The position numbers and the translations under genes are program-made. A stretch of 28,084 nt of DNA, taken from positions 1 through 28,084 of the forward strand of contig VBBA01000146.1 of assembly GCA_005888675.1 (NCBI GenBank), in the 5' to 3' direction. Positions 1-6,869 of the stretch are shown one piece after another. The notes beneath the pieces were generated by a model. That model was not told where the DNA came from. It did no database searches and saw only the letters and a program-made list of their open reading frames with translations. Position 1 is the stretch's first letter. Each line of letters starts with the position of its first letter. This stretch comes from Candidatus Bathyarchaeota archaeon (GTDB lineage Archaea; Thermoproteota; Bathyarchaeia; 40CM-2-53-6).

Positions 1-516
1 GAGCAGAGCCTCAGCGAGCTTCTCTTCAACGCTCACTCCCGCGATTTCGTACAACTGCGCAACAATTTCAGCGGTGGAGGATGACGTGGAATCTATGATC
101 TCCACTGATATGCGCCCTTTCATTTCTGGGTGTTCGTGATGATGATCCACGACCACCAACGGTATAGAGGATTCGATGATTTCTCTCGAAGCCTCAGCTC
201 CTAGCTGGCCTAGGTTGTTAGTGTCGACGAGCACTGCCACCCCAATTTTGTTCAGCGGCTTCTTTTCAGGAATAGCTAACCCAAGGTTTCGAATCAGATA
301 TTTCGTGGGGGCGCTGATGCCACCAGGACTAGCAATACGGACTTCTGTTCCTGGGGCAATCTTCTCAATTAGAGACTTGAGGGCGAACGCTGAACACAGA
401 GAGTCCGGATCCGCGTTCTGATGGCAGAATAATGTCAGAATCCTGCTGACTTTCGCAAGCTTTACGATTTCCCTGAGATGTTTCTCTTGGGGTATCTGTG
501 TAGTGGTGCTTATCAG
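1..516 (-). CDS. DHH-family phosphoesterase (partial, runs off the window start; start codon uncertain)
   Basis: Not in the ORF track. Manual minus-strand translation gives ...LTLFCHQNADPDSLCSAFAL...AVLVDTNNL...LVVVDHHHEHP...STSSSTAEIV, i.e. the HxNADPD, D and DHH motifs. No ATG/GTG/TTG is in frame between 424 and 639, so 516 (CTG) is a provisional start. Confidence 0.85.
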   Translation of the reverse strand, partial: MISTTTQIPQEKHLREIVKLAKVSRILTLFCHQNADPDSLCSAFALKSLIEKIAPGTEVRIASPGGISAPTKYLIRNLGLAIPEKKPLNKIGVAVLVDTNNLGQLGAEASREIIESSIPLVVVDHHHEHPEMKGRISVEIIDSTSSSTAEIVAQLYEIAGVSVEEKLAEALL

Positions 517-541
517 GACGGATTTTCTCGTCCCTGGTAGA

Positions 542-919
542 CTAGCTTCTTGTTGTTGTAGGTCCCTGTGGACGAAGACGTTCCTGAAGCTTCTCTTGTG
601 ATTCCTTGAGGCGTTCCTTAGTACGTTCCTCCTGCCGCCCAAGAACTGTGATTCTAGTCGCGAGCAGCTCCTTTCTCTCTTTCAGTTCCTTCAACAAGGC
701 TTGTCGTTCAGACTTGAGAAGGAGGTTCCCAACACTCTTGTACACGGGAATCTCATCGGACAACTTCTCAAGTTCCGCCAGCGCCTTTTCCGTTTCCGAG
801 GCTTCGATTTCTAGCTGTTGTTTCTGGCTGGCGACAGCTTGGAGTGTTTGTTGCAGCTGTTGCAGACGCAGTAATTGTTCCTGTAACTGTGGCGGAAGCT
901 CGACTTCTTCACTCAACAC
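542..919 (-). CDS. pfdB: Prefoldin beta subunit
   Basis: Coiled-coil Gln/Leu-rich protein with central VYKSVGNLLLK hairpin; canonical superoperon position. Start is GTG 919 or TTG 916. Confidence 0.95.
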   Translation of the reverse strand: MLSEEVELPPQLQEQLLRLQQLQQTLQAVASQKQQLEIEASETEKALAELEKLSDEIPVYKSVGNLLLKSERQALLKELKERKELLATRITVLGRQEERTKERLKESQEKLQERLRPQGPTTTRS

Positions 920-939
920 TGGATTCCTTACTATTCTCG

Positions 940-1344
940 CTATTCTCGCTCTAGGCCCTTGTCGCCTTCCGTCTTATTAAAGCCTGATAGCCTCTGTACA
1001 GATGCCAAAGCTGCAGATATGAAGTGCACATAAGAATTCGCTGCTGCTCTTAGAGCGATAATGTCTGTAGCATCGATATTCAATTTCAAGGTCGATCTTA
1101 TTGAGCTGATCTTGGTTCTTGATCTGAATCCTGCTCTTGCCATTGTCTCGGGCTGCAGAGAGTCTGCAAGGGCTCTAGCTAAACTCGGGTTCGAGACTGT
1201 AATCGCGATCTTGAGCGAAGCGGAGATCTTAGGGTCAGGCTTCTTCTGGTGTCGACGGGGGTTGGACGGATTCTGTCTCTGTCGCTGCTTCCGGCTGGAC
1301 CTCAGCCTTCTTCTTCCTCGTCCTAGGCTTTCTCTGCTTGACAA
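940..1344 (-). CDS. pcc1: KEOPS complex Pcc1-like subunit (start uncertain)
   Basis: C-terminal ~95 aa match the Pcc1 pattern (ARALADSLQPET...LKLNIDATDIIALRAAANSY); canonical position before pfdB. The only upstream canonical start is TTG 1344, inside rpl37ae. Confidence 0.85.
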   Translation of the reverse strand: MSSRESLGRGRRRLRSSRKQRQRQNPSNPRRHQKKPDPKISASLKIAITVSNPSLARALADSLQPETMARAGFRSRTKISSIRSTLKLNIDATDIIALRAAANSYVHFISAALASVQRLSGFNKTEGDKGLERE

Positions 1345-1663
1345 TAACGGATGGGGCTACAGTTGCTCCAGCTCTGAGGCTCTCTAGCTCGGTTGATAAG
1401 GTTGAAGGACTCATCTGTCCCCGCGTTGCTCGGGCTGCAATCTGACCTAGCTTAGTGCTAGGGATGTATGCTCCGCCTGCGAACTTGTAACCGCATTTCT
1501 TGCACAGCCATACACCCACGCTCCGACGTTTCACGGTTTTGAATCGACAACGAGGACATTCATGTTTCTGTCTTAGACCTGTAACAACATCAATGTACCG
1601 GCGCCTGACGAGGGTTCCGTATCTGGCGCCGAATCCACCGCCGAGGCCCGTCTTCCTAGCCAT
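1235..1663 (-). CDS. rpl37ae: 50S ribosomal protein L37Ae (eL43) with C-terminal extension
   Basis: FGARYG motif, CPRC...CKKC zinc ribbon, FAGGAY; directly follows rrp42. Confidence 0.95.
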   Translation of the reverse strand: MARKTGLGGGFGARYGTLVRRRYIDVVTGLRQKHECPRCRFKTVKRRSVGVWLCKKCGYKFAGGAYIPSTKLGQIAARATRGQMSPSTLSTELESLRAGATVAPSVIVKQRKPRTRKKKAEVQPEAATETESVQPPSTPEEA

Positions 1664-2481
1664 TAGATCTTTGCCGCTGCGAGGATCTTCGCTCTATTCT
1701 CTGCTGCACGTTCAACGGCTATGTGGACGATTTTCCTCAACTCTTCGGTTGTGAATCCCGACAAGCCGCCCTTTTGCATCGCGCATATCGACCCGGATTT
1801 TTCGATCGTAACGGTCAGTCGGGCGTTCATGACTTGCTCTTCTTCGAGGGAGGGATCTACGATTATGTTTCGGTCAACTTTTCCGAAGGTGACTGATACC
1901 GGGTAGTTGTTGATTGGTAATGGTCGGCGGTCAGGTTTGACGATTACCTCGTCGCCTTTTATCTCGTACTTGCCTATCTTCGCGTTTGCGAGGGCTGCCA
2001 GGGCTGCCATCGAGCCGGCGTCGATTAGGTTTCCGTCGTGGTCGAGGACGTAGACGTCCACGTAGACAACTTGCACCTTCTTACCTTTCTGAAGGCAGAG
2101 CGCTTTGAGGTCGATGGCCTTTGATTCTCTTATCCCTCGGTCTATTACTCTGGCTAGCTCTATCGCGTTCTCATCCGGTGGTCCAGGTTCGAAGGATGGG
2201 TGAGCCAGGGGGACAAGTTCCGCGTTTACTGTGAGTACCCCTTCCTCAGGTGTATCTGCAAACGGTTCGCCTGTCTCAACCTTTATTCCAACAAGCACCC
2301 TTGTTTTTCCTAGAAAGATTTGTGCTGATCCGTTGGCTTTCTCGATTACACCTGTTTGTATTGTGATCGGCCTGTAGCTGTCGTGTCCACGCTCGTCGAT
2401 TCTATTGCCTTTTGCGATTAGATCCACCACTGTTTTCTGTTCGAGCTTTGCAACTGGTGGTAATTGTGGGGTCGCGGACAT
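1663..2481 (-). CDS. rrp42: Exosome complex component Rrp42
   Basis: RNase PH fold: RIDERGHDSYRPITI, GPPDENAIELARVIDRGIRES, LDHDGNLIDA. Confidence 0.97.
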   Translation of the reverse strand: MSATPQLPPVAKLEQKTVVDLIAKGNRIDERGHDSYRPITIQTGVIEKANGSAQIFLGKTRVLVGIKVETGEPFADTPEEGVLTVNAELVPLAHPSFEPGPPDENAIELARVIDRGIRESKAIDLKALCLQKGKKVQVVYVDVYVLDHDGNLIDAGSMAALAALANAKIGKYEIKGDEVIVKPDRRPLPINNYPVSVTFGKVDRNIIVDPSLEEEQVMNARLTVTIEKSGSICAMQKGGLSGFTTEELRKIVHIAVERAAENRAKILAAAKI

Positions 2482-3246
2482 TTATGCGATGACCTCCGGC
2501 TCTTCTTTCTCTTCGGCCACTTCTCTGATTTGAGAGTACTTGTTTTTCAACGCCTCACGTTGCATAGTGTGGAGGGTCTTACATGCTTCTATTGCCATAT
2601 TGAGCCCTTTTTCGAATTCAGGGAGGGTCAGGATTCCGTCCATTTGAAGTAACGTGACGAGATTTGAGTTTGGCATGTAGGCAACCGGTAGATCTGCTTC
2701 TCCCTGTTTGTCTTCGATATCTGACAAGTCAAGCGCGAGCTGACCTTGCACTTTCCCAACCGCACATGCGGCCACAAGCTCTCTCATCGGGATCCCAGCA
2801 TCTGCGAGTGCGAGAGATGCGGCAGTGATTCCCGCGCATCTTGAGCCTCCATCAGATTGGAGAATCTCGACGAATAAATCGATGGTTGTTCTTGGGTAGA
2901 GATCTGTGAGGACCGTTGGTTCCAATGATTCTCTAATTACCTTGGAGAGTTCTAGTTCTCTTCGAGAGGGTGCAGGAGATTTTCTCTCGTCTACCGAAAA
3001 TGGTGCCATGTGATATCGGCATCGTATCACGGCCCGATCCGGTAGGGCAATGTGTTTGGGGTGGGCCTCGCGAGGACCGTAGACAGCAGCTAGAATCTTG
3101 TTCTTTCCTTGCTCGATGTAGGCTGATCCGTTGGCCTTGTCTAAGATTCCTACTTCCAGTCTCACTGGTCTCAGCTGGTCTAGCCTCCGACCGTCTACTC
3201 TGAGGCCTTTCTCGTCCAGTAGTTTCTCAGGGTGCTTGTTTTGCAA
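2482..3246 (-). CDS. rrp41: Exosome complex exonuclease Rrp41
   Basis: [24 protein letters not shown], phosphate-binding DGGSR, catalytic [10 protein letters not shown]. Confidence 0.97.
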   Translation of the reverse strand: MQNKHPEKLLDEKGLRVDGRRLDQLRPVRLEVGILDKANGSAYIEQGKNKILAAVYGPREAHPKHIALPDRAVIRCRYHMAPFSVDERKSPAPSRRELELSKVIRESLEPTVLTDLYPRTTIDLFVEILQSDGGSRCAGITAASLALADAGIPMRELVAACAVGKVQGQLALDLSDIEDKQGEADLPVAYMPNSNLVTLLQMDGILTLPEFEKGLNMAIEACKTLHTMQREALKNKYSQIREVAEEKEEPEVIA

Positions 3247-3940
3247 CTTCCTCTTCCATCCTAGGTGATTTGGCTATCATTTCTCTTATCCTGTCCGTTA
3301 AACCTCTCATGTGAGCCTCTCTCTCTATCATGTATATGGCTTCAACTGCAACTCGCTCGCCTTCAGGAGATCGTCCCCAGACGAGGACGATCCCGTTCTG
3401 GCCGACAGAGATCTGGCATCCTGTCTCGCGCTTTAGCATGCTGATCATCGACCCCTTCCGTCCAATTAGCCTTGGTATCTTTGCTGCTTGGATCTGGATT
3501 ACTCTGCCAGAAGAAACCTTTCCGAGTCCAGGCCCTTTCGCGGTTAGTAGTGGGTCTCTGGTTCTGTCGAACGATAGTATTTGGGCCATTACCATGTCTC
3601 CAACATCGAACATTTCCGACAAGTCTCGTCTCCGCGGTCCTCGTGGACCCTCGGTCTCCGACGCTGGAAGCATTGCAACGTATGGTGCGAGAATATCGAC
3701 GGTCCAGCCTGACAGCCCGATGTCCATGACCCGACCACCGACAATATCCCCGACATGTGGTATGTATCCCCCCTTCAACGGAACAACCGAAACCCTGTTG
3801 CCATCCACTTCTAACAGACCGACACATGCCGAATAGATCTGGTTTCCAATCTTGTACGAATTTTCTCCCAGCAAGTGGTCTCCCTCGGCCAGTAATTCGC
3901 CTGGGGCGACGACTTGTCTTGGTTCGGCTAACACTACCAT
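3227..3940 (-). CDS. rrp4: Exosome RNA-binding protein Rrp4 (S1+KH)
   Basis: [10 protein letters not shown]-terminus, [11 protein letters not shown] motif [21 protein letters not shown]. Confidence 0.96.
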   Translation of the reverse strand: MVVLAEPRQVVAPGELLAEGDHLLGENSYKIGNQIYSACVGLLEVDGNRVSVVPLKGGYIPHVGDIVGGRVMDIGLSGWTVDILAPYVAMLPASETEGPRGPRRRDLSEMFDVGDMVMAQILSFDRTRDPLLTAKGPGLGKVSSGRVIQIQAAKIPRLIGRKGSMISMLKRETGCQISVGQNGIVLVWGRSPEGERVAVEAIYMIEREAHMRGLTDRIREMIAKSPRMEEEVAKQAP

Positions 3941-3959
3941 TTCTCATGACACGCTCTGT

Positions 3960-4649
3960 TTAAGTCAAAACCTTTGTTTGGATTGTCCCTTGGGTAACCT
4001 TGCCTACTCGATCAATGAAGCCCCCGTACATTCCCGCGGGCATCTCGACGACAGCTACCAATGAACCGTCCGTCTGCCATTCTTCGCGGCTGACGTTTCC
4101 GTAACTTTTCAATACATTGAACGCTCGTGCGGCAAACTCTGGAAATACCTTGACTGCAATGCGCATCTGCTCCATCTTCAACGGGATTACCGGTCTAAGC
4201 TGGTCGATGATGTTCTTCGCCTGTTCTTCAGCACTCTTGAAAGGGTCAATCGAGATCCGTATCTGCTCCATGGCTTGTTCAATCCGCAACGGAGGATGAG
4301 GCGCTCCAGTCCTCGGGTCAATGGCATTTCGGACAATTATCGCGACTATCTGGCGTCTCTTGTCTTCGACTAGCTTCCGTCGCTGATCAGTAGTAAGTTG
4401 AAGTTCTCCACTTTTCATTATCTCCTCGGCGACCTTGATCGCATCGGCGCTGCCGAAGGCTTTCTGCAGTTTTTCTGTAGATGCTCTTGTGCCCTTTCCA
4501 GCGTCAGAGTAGATCTCCTCTATGAGTAGAACTTGGCTCAACGCGATCTGTTTTCCCAACTTGTATTCTAGTGCAGGCTCAGGCTTCACGAGTATCTCGA
4601 AATGATCGGGACCCTTTGCTAGTCTCGCGGTAGTGTACTTGTCACTCAT
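3960..4649 (-). CDS. Ribosome maturation protein SBDS/Sdo1
   Basis: HFEILVKP, GELQLTTDQRR, AIDPRTGAPHPPLRIE motifs; canonical position. Confidence 0.96.
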   Translation of the reverse strand: MSDKYTTARLAKGPDHFEILVKPEPALEYKLGKQIALSQVLLIEEIYSDAGKGTRASTEKLQKAFGSADAIKVAEEIMKSGELQLTTDQRRKLVEDKRRQIVAIIVRNAIDPRTGAPHPPLRIEQAMEQIRISIDPFKSAEEQAKNIIDQLRPVIPLKMEQMRIAVKVFPEFAARAFNVLKSYGNVSREEWQTDGSLVAVVEMPAGMYGGFIDRVGKVTQGTIQTKVLT

Positions 4650-5395
4650 TTGCTAGTCGGGGCCTTTCTGCCAGCATCCAGTCGCTTGATATACTTGTCA
4701 ACTTCTTCCACCGGTAGTTTCCGGAATTTTCCAGACTCTCGATCTATGAGCGCGACTCGAATCTTTTGAGGCTCTGCTTTGCCCTCGAGCACTTTCGTCA
4801 TACATTTTAGCCCAAGGGCTATCGAGTCGTCAAGCGACAGATCATCGCGATATTCTGCCTCAAGAATTTCGTTGGCCGCATCCCCGCCTGCGCCGATTGC
4901 CCAAGCTCGGTAGGCAAAGAATGCTCCACTTGGATCTGTCCAGAAGAGTCTACTCCCCTTCTTGTCAACACCCCCGAATAACATCGAGATACCGAAGGGA
5001 CGAACTCCAGCGTGCTGCGTGTACAGTTGCTTGATCTCGCCTATTCGACGAGTCAGGATTTCTATGTCGATCGGCTCGTCATACATGAGCTTGTTGCTCT
5101 GAGCGTAAATCCTTGCTTGGTCTACAAGAATATGAGCGTCACAGCTGAGGCCGGCGACGGCGGTTCCGACGTGGTCGTCTATCTGGAATATTTTCCACAT
5201 GAAGGACAAGTCTTGAAGCTTAGATGCTGATCTTTCTTCGGCCGCGAGTACAACTCCCTCTGGGCATGCGATTCCCAATACTGTCGCTCCTCTTTTGACA
5301 GTCTCGCTGGCGTATTCGACTTGGAATAGTCGACCGTCGGGGGAAAATACAGTTATGGCCCGATCGTAAGCCCCGGGCACTGCGAACATGGACAA
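4646..5395 (-). CDS. psmA: Proteasome subunit alpha
   Basis: YDRAITVFSPDGRLFQVEYA signature, GVRPFG. Start is TTG 5395 or ATG 5389. Confidence 0.98.
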   Translation of the reverse strand: MSMFAVPGAYDRAITVFSPDGRLFQVEYASETVKRGATVLGIACPEGVVLAAEERSASKLQDLSFMWKIFQIDDHVGTAVAGLSCDAHILVDQARIYAQSNKLMYDEPIDIEILTRRIGEIKQLYTQHAGVRPFGISMLFGGVDKKGSRLFWTDPSGAFFAYRAWAIGAGGDAANEILEAEYRDDLSLDDSIALGLKCMTKVLEGKAEPQKIRVALIDRESGKFRKLPVEEVDKYIKRLDAGRKAPTSK

Positions 5396-5439
5396 TTTTC
5401 TGTATACCTACCTTGGAATAGCCAGTGCGGACTTGGCGC

Positions 5440-5456
5440 TTACTAAAAACCTTTCC
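5440..5456 (-). promoter_or_regulatory. BRE/TATA promoter for the psmA-exosome operon
   Basis: Minus strand GGAAAGGTTTTTAGTAA (purine-rich BRE followed by T-rich TATA), ~45 nt upstream of psmA. Confidence 0.6.
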
Positions 5457-5489
5457 TGATTCCATTTCCTGTTGCTAGACTTGTTTTTT

Positions 5490-5554
5490 GGGGTCGGCCC
5501 GTCGCTGAGGATATCATCTTAACAATCAATCTGGGACTGGCTTCGTCATCCCCC
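5490..5554 (-). ncRNA. Box C/D guide sRNA (predicted 16S rRNA h44 2'-O-methylation guide)
   Basis: Minus strand GGGG-G-AUGACGA(C)-13 nt-UUGA(D')-8 nt-AUGAUAU(C')-13 nt-CCGA(D)-CCCC. Terminal 4-bp stem has K-turn geometry. The D guide AGCGACGGG(C) is complementary to GCCCGUCGCU of TACK-type 16S rRNA. Confidence 0.8.
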
Positions 5555-5575
5555 AAAGTACTTTGGTGCGGATCG

Positions 5576-5585
5576 ATATATTATT
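5576..5585 (-). promoter_or_regulatory. TATA-like element for the C/D sRNA
   Basis: Minus strand AATAATATAT, centred ~26 nt upstream of the predicted sRNA 5' end at 5554. Confidence 0.5.
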
Positions 5586-5615
5586 GTCCGGATGTCACTG
5601 GTGACAGGTAGGAAA

Positions 5616-6062
5616 CTAGGACCCGAGCTCTTCTAGCTTCTTTGCGATAAGGTTCGTTATGTTCTTGTTGGGAATTCCTTGAAGGTCGAATGATATCTCT
5701 ATTCTTATTGGTTCCGTCTGGCCAAGGATTATGTTACCGTTGACTGCTTCTTGTTTGTCGATTCTAATGTGCAAGCGACCTGACTCGTCTAGATAGCCTC
5801 TTAGGTTGTCGATCATCTCTGTTTGATCTACGAGAGATAGGCGCCTCCAGAAGTAGACTACGAAACCTTCCGCTCGGGATCTGTTTGAAATCGGTAGGCG
5901 TACGGTCTGGATCTCGTTTCCGTAGTGTCCGCTGGCTCTTCGTTTCTCTGGTCGCGCTTCTGCATCTGGACCTACCGCTTGCATAGCGAAAACGATCTTA
6001 TCCGAATCTTCAGTCGCATGTACTATTGCGGACAATGTCACTTTTGCAATTCTTGGATTCAT
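5616..6062 (-). CDS. DUF54 / COG1325 RNA-binding protein (exosome-operon associated)
   Basis: AIVHATEDSDK, GHYGNEI and LHIRIDKQEA motifs. Start moved to ATG 6062 because the 6164 ORF-track start overlaps the divergent pth2 start and promoter region. Confidence 0.88.
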   Translation of the reverse strand: MNPRIAKVTLSAIVHATEDSDKIVFAMQAVGPDAEARPEKRRASGHYGNEIQTVRLPISNRSRAEGFVVYFWRRLSLVDQTEMIDNLRGYLDESGRLHIRIDKQEAVNGNIILGQTEPIRIEISFDLQGIPNKNITNLIAKKLEELGS

Positions 6063-6128
6063 TTGATGAAGCCGTAATTGACGGGCATTTGACGTTAAAT
6101 ATTTGGCTCTATTGAGGGTGAGACAGCT

Positions 6129-6503
6129 ATGACTGGCAGTCCAGAGAACGGGCGGTATAAGCAAGTTCTAGTTGTGCGATCAGACCTTAAGATGGGGAAA
6201 GGCAAGATCGCCGTTCAGTGCTCACATGCTGCGGTTTCAGCTTCTGAAGAAGCGCGAAAGTCGTCTCTTGACTGGTGGAGGACATGGATGCATGAAGGTC
6301 AATCGAAAGTAGCGGTTAAGGTGAGCGGGCTTTCACCAATATTAGATTTGGAAAGAAGATCTCGCGAGAATGGGCTACCATTCTATGTCGTTAGAGACAT
6401 GGGTCTAACACAGGTTGAACCTGGGACGGTGACCTGCATCGGTATTGGTCCCGGTCCGGTTGTCAAGGTGGATTTGCTAACCGGGGACCTGCCCCTTCTT
6501 TAG
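6129..6503 (+). CDS. pth2: Peptidyl-tRNA hydrolase Pth2
   Basis: KQVLVVRSDLKMGKGKIAVQCSHA, DMGLTQVEPGTVTCIGIGP. Confidence 0.96.
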   Translation: MTGSPENGRYKQVLVVRSDLKMGKGKIAVQCSHAAVSASEEARKSSLDWWRTWMHEGQSKVAVKVSGLSPILDLERRSRENGLPFYVVRDMGLTQVEPGTVTCIGIGPGPVVKVDLLTGDLPLL

Positions 6504-6869
6504 TTTGGCTTGACCTATCTGATCTCTCTGCACTGGTGGACGTTGCCTTGTTCCCTCGAATCTTCGTCGTGCTTCGTTCACATGCTCCGAAAATTCGTAC
6601 TCTGAGGTCTCCCTGAACGTTGATCCGATCTTCTGGTATAATTTTCGCAGGATGAGTCTCTCGACGACTCGCGCGGCCCCTCCAAGTGCGTTTTTCAATC
6701 CTGATTGGAAGTCTTCCAATCGATCAGGTATGTCCTTTCTGTCGAGGGACTGCATCGTTGACAGATACTGGTAGACCGCGTTTTTCGGCTCCTCGCCTAG
6801 AATCTGGAGGCTATCATCTATTGATTCTAGAAGGACTTCTCCGAACGGTTGCGTTTTGTTATCGCTCAT
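6477..6869 (-). CDS. Small helical protein, DUF3227/Nitrosopumilus-output-domain-like
   Basis: LLESIDDSLQILGE...VYQYL...DIPDRLEDFQSGLKNALGGAARVVERLILRKLY pattern; ATG 6869 overlaps the upstream stop (ATGA). Confidence 0.7.
   Translation of the reverse strand: MSDNKTQPFGEVLLESIDDSLQILGEEPKNAVYQYLSTMQSLDRKDIPDRLEDFQSGLKNALGGAARVVERLILRKLYQKIGSTFRETSEYEFSEHVNEARRRFEGTRQRPPVQRDQIGQAKLKKGQVPG

Noticed and set aside
606-980. 124-aa plus-strand ORF; likewise 176-421, 1061-1387, 3330-3836, 12803-13315, 20376-20693, 21996-22382 and 24797-25255
   Set aside because: Antisense shadows of well-supported genes, Ser/Arg-rich, with no motifs.
3363-3947. 194-aa same-strand alternative-frame ORF over rrp4
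   Set aside because: Lies almost entirely within rrp4, is Arg-rich, and has no recognisable features.
5220-5465. 81-aa ORF as a possible Pop5/Rpp14 remnant
   Set aside because: No similarity to Pop5; it overlaps psmA and runs through the psmA promoter.
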